A DNA stretch of 64,000 nt from Tubiluchus corallicola (Eukaryota > Animalia > Priapulida). Each line of letters starts with the position of its first letter. Within the stretch, counting starts at the first letter, position 1. Positions 37,107 through 52,029 of the stretch are shown here, one piece after another. The stretch lies in NCBI GenBank assembly GCA_030141605.1, contig JAQGDQ010000195.1, positions 62,001 to 126,000 on the forward strand, read 5' to 3'. Under the pieces are notes generated by a model. That model saw only the letters and a program-made list of their open reading frames with translations, was not told where the DNA came from and made no database searches. The translations under genes and the position numbers were made by a program.

Positions 37107-38580
37107 TAAGAATGCAATGTTCATTTTAGCTTTCAAGCTTCGTTGTACAGAAATCATGATTCATTTTTATTTAAAGGAAGACAGGATGATTTTTCATATA
37201 CTACCCCATTTTCAAGTCCTATGAAAAGTATGAATTTTAACACAATTAATACCGTAAAAGCGGTTCTGATAATTAAATTATAGATTAAAAACTTAATTAA
37301 CAACAAGCGAGCCCAACTATTGACGACATCACAAACTAACATAATTTTCAACAGCAAAAATATTCCATGAGCATGTTGCACGTATTTGTGAAAGCGAAAA
37401 TTGAAGTACAGTGTGTGGTATTCAGCGTGTTGTACTAAAACTAGGCAAGTTTTAAGATAAAAATTCAAATTTCAAATTTACCGCTGTTCTCACGCATGAG
37501 CTGTCGAACGTGTGTAGTTCATCACAAACTAACACATCTGAACTGAGAGGTACAGCACCTGTTTTTTGTGCAGTGCATTTCAGAAATGCAGGCGCTAGTG
37601 CCCGTCTAACTAGCAAATGGCGAAATGCATGTAACAGCGAAGAACTAGTGGCGCGAACGTGAATTCGTGTTTGTGTGGTAATAATTCTTTCGCGTAAGTT
37701 ATTTTTGAAAAAATAGTATGTTTCCTTTCAATATTTTGAAGAGCATATTGTTTTGACCTACAGTTTAAGAATTGGGTACGGTTTTGTTTTAAGAATGCAA
37801 TATTCATTTTAACTTTCAAGCTTTCTTGCAGAGAAATGATGATTCATTTTTATTTAATGTTAATTTATTTACAAAAAGTACATTGAAGCTGTTTACCGAT
37901 TACAAATGAGCAAAGTGAATTAAAACAAGTGGCTAAAACTACATTAAATACGGCCTAAATTTCCTACAGATCACACCACATAAGAAAATTCTCTCTGAAA
38001 CAGTAAAAAATTAAAACTCTTTCCTCGTTTAAAAGAAAACAACATGATTTGATTTTTAATGTTGTGCTCTATTCTGAAGCACGGTAAAAAATGCACATTT
38101 TGACACATACGATAATGCCAAAGTGTTTCTGATAATTAAATAATAGCTTAAAAAACTTAATTAACAGCCGAAGAGCCCAGTTAGCGAGATGACCTCATAA
38201 TTGAATATAATTTCCCGTGACACAAACATTCCACGAGCGTATTGCACGAGTTTGAGACAGCGAAAAGTGAAGTATGGTGCTACTGCACAAAACTGACTAA
38301 TGCGAAAAAATTCGACAAATTTTTGCTTAAAAATGTCAATTCCAAGTTTGTACGCTGTGTCGTCATGTGATTTCACAAAATGTGTGCTATCTAAGCCAGA
38401 AACGATGTGAGAGGTACAGCGCCTGTTTTCTGTGCAACTCAGTTCCGAGATGTAGGCCTCGTGTCCATCTAATTCGCGAATTGGGAAATGCATTTAAGGG
38501 GCGAGAACGTGAAATTGAACTTTCCTGGAAATAGTTCTTTCACATAAGTTACTTAACTATGGTTTTTTCAATATTTTATA
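37107..38580 (+). mobile_element. Two adjacent diverged copies of dispersed repeat family B
   Basis: 37107-37175 is repeated at about 37789-37857. TCTGATAATTAAA...GAGCCCA...TGAGAGGTACAGC occurs at both about 37265-37560 and 38128-38420. Confidence 0.7.
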
Positions 38581-39412
38581 CATAACTATATTTTATTACT
38601 ATATTACTATATTTTATATATTATATTATAAATATATTACTATATTTTATAGATTACTTTGAGCTATAGTTTAAGTTTAGTTTCTGTTCCCCATTAAAAG
38701 TTCAGCTATGTAGTTACAGAGAAAATTTTGCCTATGTAGCTGTCTCGGTTAAATGCTAAAGTCAGTTAGTCATAGGCATTTGTAAAAATGTTGTTCTAAC
38801 TAGTGTCAACAACGTGCCAAGGTGAAAGAAATAGCTTATCAAAAAGATTAATACGTTTCTGCAATATACTGATGTCATTCCACTGATTTACTGATTTGAG
38901 TGATGCAGCTTTGAAGTTCAAATCTGTAAAATTTAAATGTTTAATTCAAGGAAAAAAACAGGAGACGAAAAATAATTAAGCGGAAGCCGCATTTCGAACT
39001 CTCAGCTTTGAGACAAGCATACACCATTGTATCTCTAAATTAATCCATGCGACGGAAGGTGCGAATTTTTTAACCCATTAATAAGTTAAAAACTGCAAAA
39101 AAGCAAACAACACTGAACTTTTTTCAATTTTTTTTGCGATAGCTTACAGCTACATGCAAAATGTGAACAATTACCTATTAGCCCCTTAATGATACAGAAT
39201 ATATTACGTGTAATATTAGTTAATTTTATTTAGGTTAGTTTATTCATATTGCCAGATTACTTTTAGTACATTTTAGTCAGCAATAGTGCAGAAATGATAG
39301 TAAACGGTGTTATAAAGGTATAAGGACTAAGATATAAAAATGTAAAGCAAATTAAAACAGAAGAAAACACTTTTCATAAATGCAGCGTACATATCGTCTT
39401 GAAATTTTATAT

Positions 39413-39838
39413 CACTTACGTGCTGTCTTATTACACACAGAGCTTGTATCAGCAGTAACGTTGTATAAACTTGTTAATTTAAGCACCGTGATGACCGTTA
39501 GGCGCACCCATTTTAACGGTTTTAAGTTTAAACTACATTGAGAAAAGTTTTAAAAAATAATCAGAGCATTCGGACCACACACTTGACTAACTAAGCAAAA
39601 GTAGGCTATAAATTATTCTATCTTGTCAATAAGATTAATACTACATTTTTAGTGAGGCAGAGGTGCACACTGGGAAGGTGAATCAGTGACATTTTACCAG
39701 TTTGCACGAACATTTTAAATATCTAAGAATTTTCTTTTTTAGTTACATAAGTCCTTCAAATACGTAATGCAAAATAATATAACTTTGTATGGAAAGTTTT
39801 TTGTAACGTAGTTTAAAATCGCCTCTCTTCCCATTTAA
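39413..39838 (+). mobile_element. Dispersed repeat family A copy
   Basis: Colinear with 26022-26470. Confidence 0.7.
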
Positions 39839-40207
39839 GACATAAAAATGTACAAGAATTTGCAAGTCAACCATGAATTTCAAACCTTACAATTTGACAA
39901 GTATGAAGCAGCTTTTCAAAGCACTTCAACTTCTTACAGACAGAACCTGGACAGATGTTGGAAACTGTGAAAAGACGTGGTATTGATGCTGTCAAATCTT
40001 ATTAAAGATGTAAAATTAAAGAAGTTCTCAATATAAAAGAGTGGAAATCTTTTCTTGCTGTCCTGAAACACCTGCTGAAGTAGTGATAATCTTAAGTGAG
40101 ACTCACACGTTGATGCATTGCGTTTATCCTTGAGAGGAGAAACAGCAAGGAATTGATTGATTTTTGCACGAGCTGCTAATAATTTTTTAAACACAGACAG
40201 ACAGTAA

Positions 40208-40787
40208 TGAAAGTGTTTCTCCTTGCATCTTTCTCGCCTAGTCAGAACGACTATCTATGAAAAACCAGACGAGCTAGTGAGAGAATGAGTGAATAAATGA
40301 GTGTTTCTCCTTGCATCTTTCTCGCCTAGTCAGAACGACTATCCAGGAAAACCAGACGAGCTAGTGAGTGAATGAGTGAATGAGTGAATAAATGAAAGTG
40401 TTTCTCCTTGCATCTTTCTCGCCTAGTCAGAACGACTATCCAGGAAAAACCAGACGAGCTAGTGAGAGAATGAGTGAATGAGTGAATAAATGAAAGTGTT
40501 TCTCCTTGCATCTTTCTCGCCTAGTCAGAACGACTATCCAGGAAAAACCAGACGAGCTAGTGAGAGAATGAGTGAATGAGTGAATAAATGAAAGTGTTTC
40601 TCCTTGCATCTTTCTCGCCTAGTCAGAACGACTATCCAGGAAAAACCAGACGAGCTAGTAAGAGAATGAGTGAATGAGTGAATAAATGAAAGTGTTTCTC
40701 CTTGCATCTTTCTCGCCTAGTCAGAACGACTATCCAGGAAAACCAGACGAGCTAGTGAGTGAATGAGTGAATGAGTGAATAAATGAA
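40208..40787. repeat. ~98-bp tandem repeat x6
   Basis: The unit is AAAGTGTTTCTCCTTGCATCTTTCTCGCCTAGTCAGAACGACTATCCAGG...GAGCTAGTGAG(AGAATGAGTGA)n. Confidence 0.95.
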
Positions 40788-41058
40788 TGAGCACTTGAAT
40801 CAACAACTGCTTAAATGAACTACCGAACAACGAAATTTAAAAGAACATTTTTATAACTGAGTAATAATGACTGTAACAGTGATAACAATGATGCGGATAA
40901 CGATAACAGTGATTACGATGACGATGACGGTGACGGTGAGAGATACGAGGTCAATGATGACTAAAATGACAATGTTGCCGATAGTGACAACGACGATGGC
41001 AATGATTATAACGATGATAAACTTATGGTAGTGAACATGAATACGATAAAATATTGAA

Positions 41059-41172
41059 TATGATGATGATGATGATGATGGCTATGATGATGATGATGAT
41101 GACGACGACGACGATGATGATCATGAATACGAAGAGGAAGAAGAAGAAGAAGAAGAAGAAGAAGAAGAAGAA

Positions 41173-41203
<31 letters not shown>

Positions 41204-41260
41204 GTGATGATGATGGTGATGAACATGATGATTGTGATAATGATAACGCTAATGATAACT
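41059..41260. repeat. (GAT)n/(GAC)n/(GAA)n compound microsatellite
   Basis: Direct reading. Confidence 0.9.
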
Positions 41261-43776
41261 ATGGCAGCGAAAGAGATTTATATTTAAACTCAAGGACTTT
41301 TCCTACATTAGCAGGTCTTTTGTGTTCTGTGGTCAATCATTCATATATCTTTTCGTTACGTGTTCAACTTCTCAAATTTGATATTAATAATCCATGTGTG
41401 CGCAATTTATTACACCTAGGTACCATTACAACCCTCTGCTTTGCATCAATAACCCACTTAAGTTTGCATTTTTCTTCTGGAAAAGCCAGCGCTTGAATAC
41501 CCTCCTAAATCATTTATAATTCCGTTGGTATTGCTGCCTTTCCAAATATCACCAACCTGCTAATTCTTTGTGAAGTTTTCACACAGTAAACGTATCAACA
41601 GAACTTGCTGCAATTTTTGAACCGACTGTTGAAGTTTTTGAGTATAATGATTGTACATGCTCAAATTTTCAAAGATTGATCTTTAGTAGCGTGCGAAAAT
41701 TCGTTAGTCTTGTCCTTTAAGTATCGCCGAATCTGGTTAGTAAATGGATTGGTGATTTAATTATAGGCGGTTTCGTTTAGCACTTCTGATAGGATTTCTG
41801 TCATTCAAGGAGACGCATACACTTCCGAATGCAACGAAAGCTACTTTCCTAACCTTGATATTGGGTTAGATACCAGCCCTCTCACTACATTAGCAGCAGA
41901 CCGTGTCGGATTCCTGGCTAAAGTTTCTGGTCCCTCAGCCCACTGATCAAATAATCTTCTGATTATTGGCGACTCAAGTTGAATCGTCAGTAAGGTGTTG
42001 AGCTGACAGAAGCTTGACTGTAATGTCATCATCATCGTCGTCATCATCACCACCGCCATCATCACCATCGCCATCATCATCATCGTCGTCATCATCACCA
42101 TCTTCGTCTCCATATAACCTAATGGGTGAATGACCCAAGAGATCGGGTATCCTAACAAGCCATAGAACAAGAAGTCGACACACCATAAGGAATCATTTGG
42201 TTTACACAGCAGTCACACCAGTGAACTAAGCAACCCCCGCACTATATAAGCACAAGACAAACCCTCATCAAAAACGCCGCGAGGTAGCGCGGCAAACAAT
42301 TTCTTTCATTTTAGCCACTTCTTCAATCTGTGATGGGCGCGTGCATAACATCAGTGTAAATAATCCAGATCTTATTGATGCACATGTTTAACGATATCAC
42401 CAATAATGGCCACAGTTTCATCACATGCACGGCAGGCAGCTCTTAAACAGTGTCCAACTTGCAACATTTCTAACGAGACAGCCTATTTGCAGTGCACGAA
42501 ATGGAAACCCAATTCGGAATTAAGCCTCAAGCCCTGACCGTCGCAGCCAACAAATTGATTAGCATGATGAGATATATCAGAGCGAGATATATCATAGACA
42601 AGAGTTGCTCGCCTAAGTGCATCATATCACAATACATAACCATTAACCCCTTTTAGTTGGATCTGGAACGGCTATCAATACCTTTATTTCATTTTCTCTG
42701 ACGCATTCTGCCTTATTGTAGCTGGCAAAACTTACCTTTGTCAAAGATAATAGCATAGCATAGTACTAATAATTATTTCAATAACGTAGAAACTGTGCAT
42801 TGAGCATATTAACTACAGTATTTTTCACCAGTTTAAATCTACTACAAACTTTCTATCTAATTAAAACTTAAAATCCTTAAACAGTCATTTGTTAAATGAC
42901 AATCATCTTTCGAACAAGAACAGCTCATAAATTTAATCCTAAAACCCTTTTAAAATTATGGAGAAACTAAAGCAATTGAGGTTATATTCCAAACCAAAAT
43001 TTCGTCGTCAAAAATGCGACAAAAACAATACTTGTTTAGACAGGGAAGGATAGTGCACAAAACATTTCGTAAGTTTTTGTATTTTTTATAAATTTTAATA
43101 ATTTTCAAAGCAGCAGTGAAGTTTTATAGGGTACGAAGAAGTACTTCATGTCATACAAAACACAAAGCAAAAAACTGACCGACTAGTTAGTATAAGAAGA
43201 CACATTTAAAGCTCTATTATAACATAAATTTATCTGTTAATCCAGTACTTTGCTCATTGGCTGCGTTCAATAGCAACTCCAGTAAAATCATGCTAGGCAG
43301 AAACCGTATTAGGGCACACGTACACCACTCTAACTATGGTTATAGACTTGTTAACATGATAGCGTACACATTCTATTCTGGACTTTGCACAATAAGCATG
43401 TAATAGAAGGTTTCACAGTTAATGATGTTAATGAAATGTTGTATTCGCTACCAAAAACGTAGTGTACGTACCGACGCAAATGTAGCACTACTTACCCTAT
43501 TATATCACATGCAATATGGGAATAAATATGATATATATATATATATATGACTGTTTAAGGATTTTAAATTTTAATGTATACGGTTTACGGTATGAAGCAA
43601 AAGTAAAACATAGTAATTCTAAAATAAGCCTTTTCACAGTTTCAACGATAGATGTTGATCGTGAAAACATCAACAGTTAAGTGAACCAAACAACGCATTT
43701 GTGCGCACTTGACAAAGCCTCGCAGTCCATGCTATTCTGCTATAGTAACAGTTTTAAGAGATAGCTAGAATCTTAC

Positions 43777-43915
43777 TTAGTTCATTTCTTCTTGTTCCCA
43801 GGCAAGATCCTGCTAGTAAACCACTCTACGCACAGACTAATGAATAATTAAGTAAAGTCCGCGTAAAACAACTGAAGTTGCGGAACTGATGCAGCAGACG
43901 GCTTTGCTTTATCTA
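43777..43915 (-). promoter_or_regulatory. Candidate core promoter and non-coding first exon of the neuropeptide gene
   Basis: On the minus strand, a TATA-like TAGATAAA (43915-43908) lies about 28 nt before an initiator-like TCAGTT (43889-43884), followed about 110 nt later by a donor AA|GTAAGA (43776). The coding exon needs an upstream exon, but other donor-like sites exist. Confidence 0.35.
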
Positions 43916-44744
43916 CATGTCAGGTGACGACTGTCGTTAAGTAGATTGTAGATTGACAATTGTACACTTAACCTTTGACCTACAGCAACTGCGCGCGCGC
44001 ATAACGAAACTGTGAAAGGCTTATTAACACGTAATTAATAACTATAGTCTAAACATTTAAAGTTTGCGTATAATACATAAAGTTGAAAGGCATGTATTCT
44101 TACTAAACAATCAAAGTCTTCACCAATTTCAACGTTTTTATTGCAGGCATGTACTGAAGACGATAACCAATCAAGCCATGCCTCACCATCCCGCTAGTTT
44201 ACCTAACTGAACAGCTATTATATTAAGTGTAAAGTAATCAATCTTGTCCACAATAGGGGAGTAATTCAGCTAATACTAATACATGGATACAGCTGCCAAC
44301 GGGGCCTACAATTCGACAACACTGACCACTGAACGTGTGTGAGGAATCTTCATCAATAATTAAAATTCCCTCGAGATTGCGATTATACGTGCAGAAGACG
44401 TGTAAATTGTTGCTTTAAAATACATCATAAATAAAGATCTACATTTCGTGCATGAAATATGAGCCAAACGTTTAAGGCGCTTTTGTTGTTACTATTTTTG
44501 ATGTTTTCTTTTTCTTTTCTTTCGCTTCCTGCAGGAGTTGTAGGTGGTCTAGTAAAATAATTCTTTCCTACTTGCTCAATATGTTTTTTCCTGGAAGCAT
44601 ACATCTTCGATAGAACATCAACGACGAAGCATATTGTGTTTATTGCTTGTGATGCAAAGAAAGTTGGACAGTTTTAACTGTGGATGAGCTGCATTGTTAA
44701 AAAATGGACCACGGTTTAATTTGAACATCTCAGTATAGACACAT

Positions 44745-45795
44745 GGTGTCATTTCTCAGTCTAGGGCCAATAGTTTCGTTTCTCAGTATAAGTCCATGCT
44801 TTAATTTCTCAGTCTAGGTCCATGGTTTCATTTCTCAATATATGTTCATGGTTTCATTTCTCAATATATGTTCATGGTTTCATTTTTCAGTAAAGGAAAG
44901 TGTTTCATTTCTCACTGTAGGCCCATGGCTTTATTTCTCAGTATAGGACAGTGTTTCATTTCTCACTGTACGCCCATGGCTTTATTTCTCAGTATAGACC
45001 AGTGTTTCATTTCTCAATGTAGGCCCGTGGCTTTATTTCTCAGTATAGACCAGTGTTTCATTTCTCACTGTAGACCCATGGCTTTATTTCTCAGTATAGA
45101 CCAGTGTTTCATTTCTCACTGTAGGCCCATGGCTTTATTTCTCAGCATAGACCAGTGTTTCATTTCTCACTGTAGGCCCATGGCTTTATTTCTCAGTATA
45201 GACCAGTGTTTCATTTCTCACTGTAGGCCCATGGCTTTATTTCTCAGTATAGACCAGTGTTTCATTTCTCACTGTAGACCCGTGGCTTTATTTCTCAGTA
45301 TAGGACAGTGTTTCATTTCTCACTGTAGACCCATGGCTTTATTTCTCAGTATAGACCAGTGTTTCATTTCTCACTGTAGACCCATGGCTTTATTTCTCAG
45401 TATAGGACAGTGTTTCATTTCTCACTGTAGGCCCATGGCTTTATTTCTCAGTATAGACCAGTGCTTCATTTCTCACTGTAGACCCATGGCTTTATTTCTC
45501 AGTATAGACCAGTGTTTCATTTCTCACTGTAGACCCATGGCTTTATTTCTCAGTATAGGACAGTGTTTCATTTCTCACTGTAGACCCATGGCTTTATTTC
45601 TCAGTATAGACCAGTGTTTCATTTCTCACTGTAGACCCATGGCTTTATTTCTCAGTACAGGCCAGTGTTTCATTTCTCACTGTAGACCCATGGCATTATT
45701 TCTCAGTATAGGACAGTGTTTCATTTCTCACTATAGACCCATGGCATTATTTCTCAGTACAGGCCAATACATCATTTCTAAACATAGGCCCATTG
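44745..45795. repeat. 51-bp minisatellite (26+25-bp dimer) x~17 with degenerate monomer flanks
   Basis: The unit is GTTTCATTTCTCACTGTAGGCCCATG-GCTTTATTTCTCAGTATAGACCAGT. Confidence 0.96.
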
Positions 45796-46969
45796 TTTCG
45801 GGCATACAGGACTTTCTGAAATTCGAGAAACAAAAGGTTTCCATGAACAGTAAATAAATAAATAACAATAATGAAAATAAAAACAAATCTGTTGAGCAGG
45901 CAACCATCAAAGACGTCTTGCACATACTAATTTTCTGAGGCTAACTTAAGATTCGTTTCAAGTCGTTTGCACTGCTTTATACTCTATACACTTGAAGTGA
46001 TCTGTGCTTTTGATGGTAATATAGTTAAAATTCGCCAATCATAGCGTCGAGCTTGAAACTTGAGTGTAACTTTGTTTGTAGAAGCTTTCAGGACAATTAT
46101 AGCTGACGAAGTTAACCATGCACGAAGCTTTTCAGAAACAATGTTATTTAAGACTTAAAAAGACCGGTAGAAAAATAATTAAATAGAAAGGAACGAGCAT
46201 TAAAATCCGCGATAAGCAACAACGATATAAAGCCAGAAAAGATATGCTCTCTTAACAAATTATCGTGCTGGAGAGGCTGTAAAAGCGGTATTGTTGTAAA
46301 AGCCACGCATGCGCAGAGAGATTGCTGGATTCGACCAAAAAGTGAGGCAACAGAGGGCGTATCATTTAATACAAATTCAGTGATCTGTTGTATGGCAAAC
46401 AAGAGACGCCATGTTGTACCAATAGAAAACTGTGTTCGATTGTTTGGCAAAACTAACCCTTGAAGCTTGAGTGACTCACTTTTTTGAAGTACAGATACTA
46501 TTGTTCTATGTGCAGGCTAGCACCGTCATTGCGTATGCGTGGCATCTAAATCTATATGTGGCCGTCTGTCTTGTTCTCAGGTCTTCCAAACAAATTGGCA
46601 TGGAACCTTAGCTACCGGTAGTTCTATAATCGCCATACAGTTAGACCTATAATCGCGTGTAGCCTTGACTTCTCACAAATTTGGGGTTGTTAATTTTCTC
46701 TCCCGGTGTTTTTTGTGATCTTAGGCTTCTTATTAACTGGCATAAAAGCTTGTGGTGATAATTATATTCATCGTCCTTTACTACTCCGTTTGCCTTAATT
46801 TAATTCGCTTTTAATTTATTTACATCTAATCAAGTACTCTTAACTGGCGTGCATTGTTAATTAGCATAGTCGCAATATTATTAGTTTGTCCAGGTTTAAT
46901 CAATTCATGTTGTTTTATAACTTCTGTTCGGTTAAAGAAGAAGCAAAGAGAATTATAAAGTACAAACCA

Positions 46970-47220
46970 AAAACTTTTCCATACAGAGTTTTATCATTTA
47001 GCAATACGCTGACTTGTTAATAAAGACTCATGTAATTGGAAAACAACATTCCCAATAATTTAAAATGTTCGCGCCAGTAAAACTTCCAAAACGGCAATAT
47101 ATCGACATCCCAGTGTACGTCACTGGTTCACCAATAACATATTTTTGATCTTATTGACAATATAAAGTAATTAAAATTTTTGCTTATTTAGTGAAGAGTG
47201 TACTACGATTGCTTTGATTA
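46970..47220 (-). mobile_element. Dispersed repeat family A copy
   Basis: Reverse-complement match (TTTAAAATGTTCGCGCCA, TCTTATTGACAA). Confidence 0.6.
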
Positions 47221-47321
47221 AACAAGTTTCATATTTATATATGTTATATATATATATATATAACAACAAAAGATGGTAGTTATTTAATCATAATAGATGT
47301 GATTTGATTTGATTCGATTTC

Positions 47322-47467
<146 letters not shown>

Positions 47468-47845
47468 TGTGACTCATCTACATAGAGATAATTATATTAT
47501 TAGCCTTTCATTACTGTTGCAAGAATAGAACAGTTCGTATTGCATACAGCCTACAGACATACATATAAACACTATTAAACACAGAGGAAGCCAAGTTACT
47601 GTAATCTGCAATGTAGAGTCAAAATTAATTTGGGCGTGACATCTCACCTGCTTCAGTCTCAGAAGCAAATTTTTCAATGTAAGAAATAGGATTAAATTCC
47701 GATTCTGTGGAAGCAGCGTTCTCTCTCTCTCGTCAATCATTTTGTACCGTGGAACTGAGTGAAAATCAAAAATAAGGAAGAAAGCGTTAAAATTTTCACA
47801 CTATTTTTGGTATAGAAACAGCACTAGTACTGTTACATCAATATT

Positions 47846-48245
<400 letters not shown>

Positions 48246-48737
48246 TAAGACAATCAGCGCGGCCACTCTGTTGCAAATCTAAGGACAGCAACAGGTAGAA
48301 AAATGCCCATACAGCTATACTGACAAATACCCATCCATCGCGCTGAAAAGCGTTAACATTTCAATGATGTCCAGTGACAATCTTTGAAAGTTGTTCATGT
48401 CCCGAAAATGGAAACTTCCACAGAGAAGCAACTCTGTGGATACTGATTGGGTGCGTAAAGAACGTGTGCACACACGAAAATATAGAACTCTTGCGAGAAT
48501 TTTCTTATTAGTTAGTGTTTGTTACTATAAGTAAGAATCCTTCAAGATGGACAGTTTTTCTCTTGCAGCCGCGCAGCTGACTTTTATTTGTGTTTTATAA
48601 CAATCAATTGTGAAAACAAGAGTTAATCGACAACCACTCGTCTTTGTTATTAATGTTTAATCAATATTGACGTTTTCTGTCCCAAAACAAAGTAAAACCA
48701 GTGCAATATGCAATTCAGTTTCTTTGCGAGGCTCAGA

Positions 48738-49790
48738 AATGTCTTCACAAACGAAACTAACTATTAAAAATGTCTTCACAAACGAAACTAACAATTAAAA
48801 ATGTCTTTACAAACGAAACTAATAATTAAAAACGTCTTCACAAACGAAACTAATAATTAAAAACGTCTTCACAAACGAAACTAATAATTAAAAATGTCTT
48901 CACAAACGAAACTAACAATTAAAAATGTCTTTACAAACGAAACTAACAATTAAAAATGTCTTTACAAACGAAACTAACAATTAAAAATGTCTTCACAAAC
49001 GAAACTAACAATTAAAAATGTCTTTACAAACGAAACTAACAATTAAAAATGTCTTTACAAACGAAACAAACAATTAAAAATGTCTTCACAAACGAAACTA
49101 ACAATTAAAAATGTCTTCACAAACGAAACTAACAATTAAAAATGTCTTTACAAACGAAAATAACAATTAAAAATGTCTTCACAAACGAAACTTACAATTA
49201 AAAATGTCTTCACAAACGAAACTTACAATTAAAAATGTCTTCACAAACGAAACTAACAATTAAAAATGTCTTCACAAACGAAACTAATAATTAAAAACGT
49301 CTTCACAAACGAAACTAACAATTAAAAATGTCTTCACAAACGAAACTTACAAGTAAAAATGTCTTCACAAACGAAACTAACAATTAAAAATGTCTTCACA
49401 AACGAAACTAACAATTAAAAATGTCTTCACAAACGAAACTAACAATTAAAAATGTCTTCACAAACGAAACTAACAATTAAAAATGTATTTACAAACGAAA
49501 ATAACAATTAAAAACGTCTTCACAAACGAAACTAACAATTAAAAACCTCTTCACAAACAAAAATAATAATTAAAAACGTCAAACAAACGAAAATAATGAA
49601 TAAAAACGTCTTCACAGGGAAGATAGTAACTGAAAACGTCTTGGCAAGGGAAGATAGTAGTTAAAAACGTCTTTACACACGAAAGCAATAATTAAAAACC
49701 TCTTCACAAACAAAAATAATAATTAAAAACGTCAAGCAAACGAAAATAATAATTAAAAAAATTCTTCACAAGCGAAGATAATAATTCAAA
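48738..49790. repeat. 31-bp minisatellite x~33 (AAAATGTCTTCACAAACGAAACTAACAATTA)
   Basis: Head-to-tail copies that degenerate at the right end. Confidence 0.96.
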
Positions 49791-51274
49791 CTAGCTAATA
49801 CACTATTACACTAGCTAATTAAATTTACTGTTTTCAAATTAATTTTCTAACTATTTAGCGCAATGTCAGAATATGATAACATACAGCCTGGAAATTTTCT
49901 ACAAGATGGTAAACGGCTCGAGATAAAGCTTATAATATTGTTTCCTGTTTTAATTTATTTGGAAGCTAAATCCGATTACGGGTCGAGTGCATTGTTGATA
50001 GTGAGTTCATCGTATTACATAATACGCGTATCTCTCAGCAGGCTAGATGTGTAAGATAAGAACGGCAACGGCATTAAGACTTAATTAATGTCCGTTTATA
50101 GACCTTTAATTTGATTAGGTCAATGAAAAAGCCTATTGTATTGCATTGTGCTGTTAGTGTTGTGTTGTATTGTGTAAGCAGTGTATTCTGTGGTGTTGTA
50201 TGGGCGTTCGACTCGGTGAAAGTCTATTGTATTGGATTATGTTGTTCGTGTTGTATTGTGTATGCTGTTTAGTATCCTGAAGTTTCGTGTTGCGTCTATT
50301 GCATTATTTTCTGCTGCGTTTACGCATTGGAAGCAAAATTCAAATGTCTGTGGCAGGGCGTACTCAAGAGTAAATCCTTGTGGTGTGGCCCTGGCTAATC
50401 ATGAAGAGTATATACATTTATGTAAATATATGTCTTAAAATAAAAAAATAATTATCATCATCATCAAGGGTCATGATAATGATTCGGATGCGTCTCCAAT
50501 AACCCGTTAGGAGCTAAACAGCCGTGGTGCACGAAACCGCGCAAAGCGTCCTCGCGTGACCACTCGGTTGTTTATCTCCCCCTGTTTTTAATAGTTCAGC
50601 ATACGTGACATATCAGTTAAGTGGTAGGCCACTTACACCTATCCAAATTTTCATACGCATAGTTTCCACAATGTTTCTCTGCATCGTTTGCAATATTTCT
50701 TTGTTTTTGTTTGTTTGTTTGTTTGTTTGCGTGTTGCGTCTGTTTCTTCGTTTGTTTTACTGCTTAACCTTTCTAAACATTGACCCTAAAAAGCAGTAAA
50801 ATAAGTAGTATAAGCTCACTTTATACCATGGAGCTGTAATTGTTTTGTTTCTAGAGCTCCAACCTCAGGTGTACCGTCTTTATCTATAATAATTATTATA
50901 AACGTCAAAATGTCTTTACAGAACAGTAAATTTATTAGCTCTACTAACCTCAACAGAAGCGTTTGTTTCAGAAAATCACCAGCTAATTAAAGGACCACTT
51001 CCCTAGAGAATCTACTGATACAGCTTGTTCGTAGCAATTCATTATGGCTGACTGGCCAAACAAAGTGTAACAATTTAACAAATTTCTATTGTTTCTTCCA
51101 GGGTCTTCCACCCAATTTGAATTTTTATTGATTTATTTAAATATTTGTTCTTCTCTCTCTCTCTCTTTCTTTCTTTTTTCTTTACTATTTCTTTCTTTCC
51201 TTGTTTTTTTAATTATTTATTTATCATTTAATAATTTTATCTAATTAATGCGCTTATTAATTAATTTATTTATG

Positions 51275-51328
51275 TTGGTTGATTGATTAGTTAGTTTGTT
51301 GGTTGGTTGGTTGGACTGTTTGTTTGTT

Positions 51329-51376
<48 letters not shown>

Positions 51377-51530
51377 CGTGTGTGCGTGTGTGTATGAGTG
51401 TGCGTGTACGCGCGTGTGTGTCTGTTTGTTTGTTTGTCAGTCTGTATGTCCGTTTGCCTGTCTGTCTGTTTGTTTGTTTGTACGCATGGATAGATTGATG
51501 GATGCATGCACGGATGGTTGGATGGGTGAA
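51275..51530. repeat. Compound (GGTT)/(GTTT)/(GT)/(GTCT)/(GGAT) microsatellite
   Basis: Direct reading. Confidence 0.9.
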
Positions 51531-52029
51531 CATGTTGATGTGTAGCCGCTTCTTCTTGTAATTAAACGTGCGTTGGTGCTGTTGTCAAGATCCGAGTGAC
51601 AAAGCCACATGTGCGCCTTAGATAATTACAATTAATGTTCGTCTTTTGAGTCAGATGACAACAATCTCAGTTTACTAGAGTAAATGACCACTGAGGAACA
51701 GTAGAACATATTCGGGCCTGGAAGCTCATAAACAGTGCAACAGTATTTTGTTCTACTATCTGTACATGAACTGTAGTGCAAAACTTGTTTGATTATGACA
51801 ACGACGGCAGCGCCAACGGAAACGAAGAGGTTTTTGATACGCCAAAAACAATTCGCTGTTATCATACTGTTTTTTCGTATCTTGAAATTGAAAGAAATTA
51901 ATTATCCGTGGAATATTTTCAGTTTTAAGTTATTCACAGAAATAATCTAATGAGTTTACCTGTTCACCTGTTAGGGAGTTATATGTTATGAACTTAGGTC
52001 TGCGTTGATCAAAAATACTGTACGATGTA

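Noticed and set aside
44868-45857. 329-aa Cys/His-containing repeat ORF
   Set aside because: It is the translation of a 51-bp minisatellite whose 26/25-bp subunits are not codon-phased, with no gene structure.
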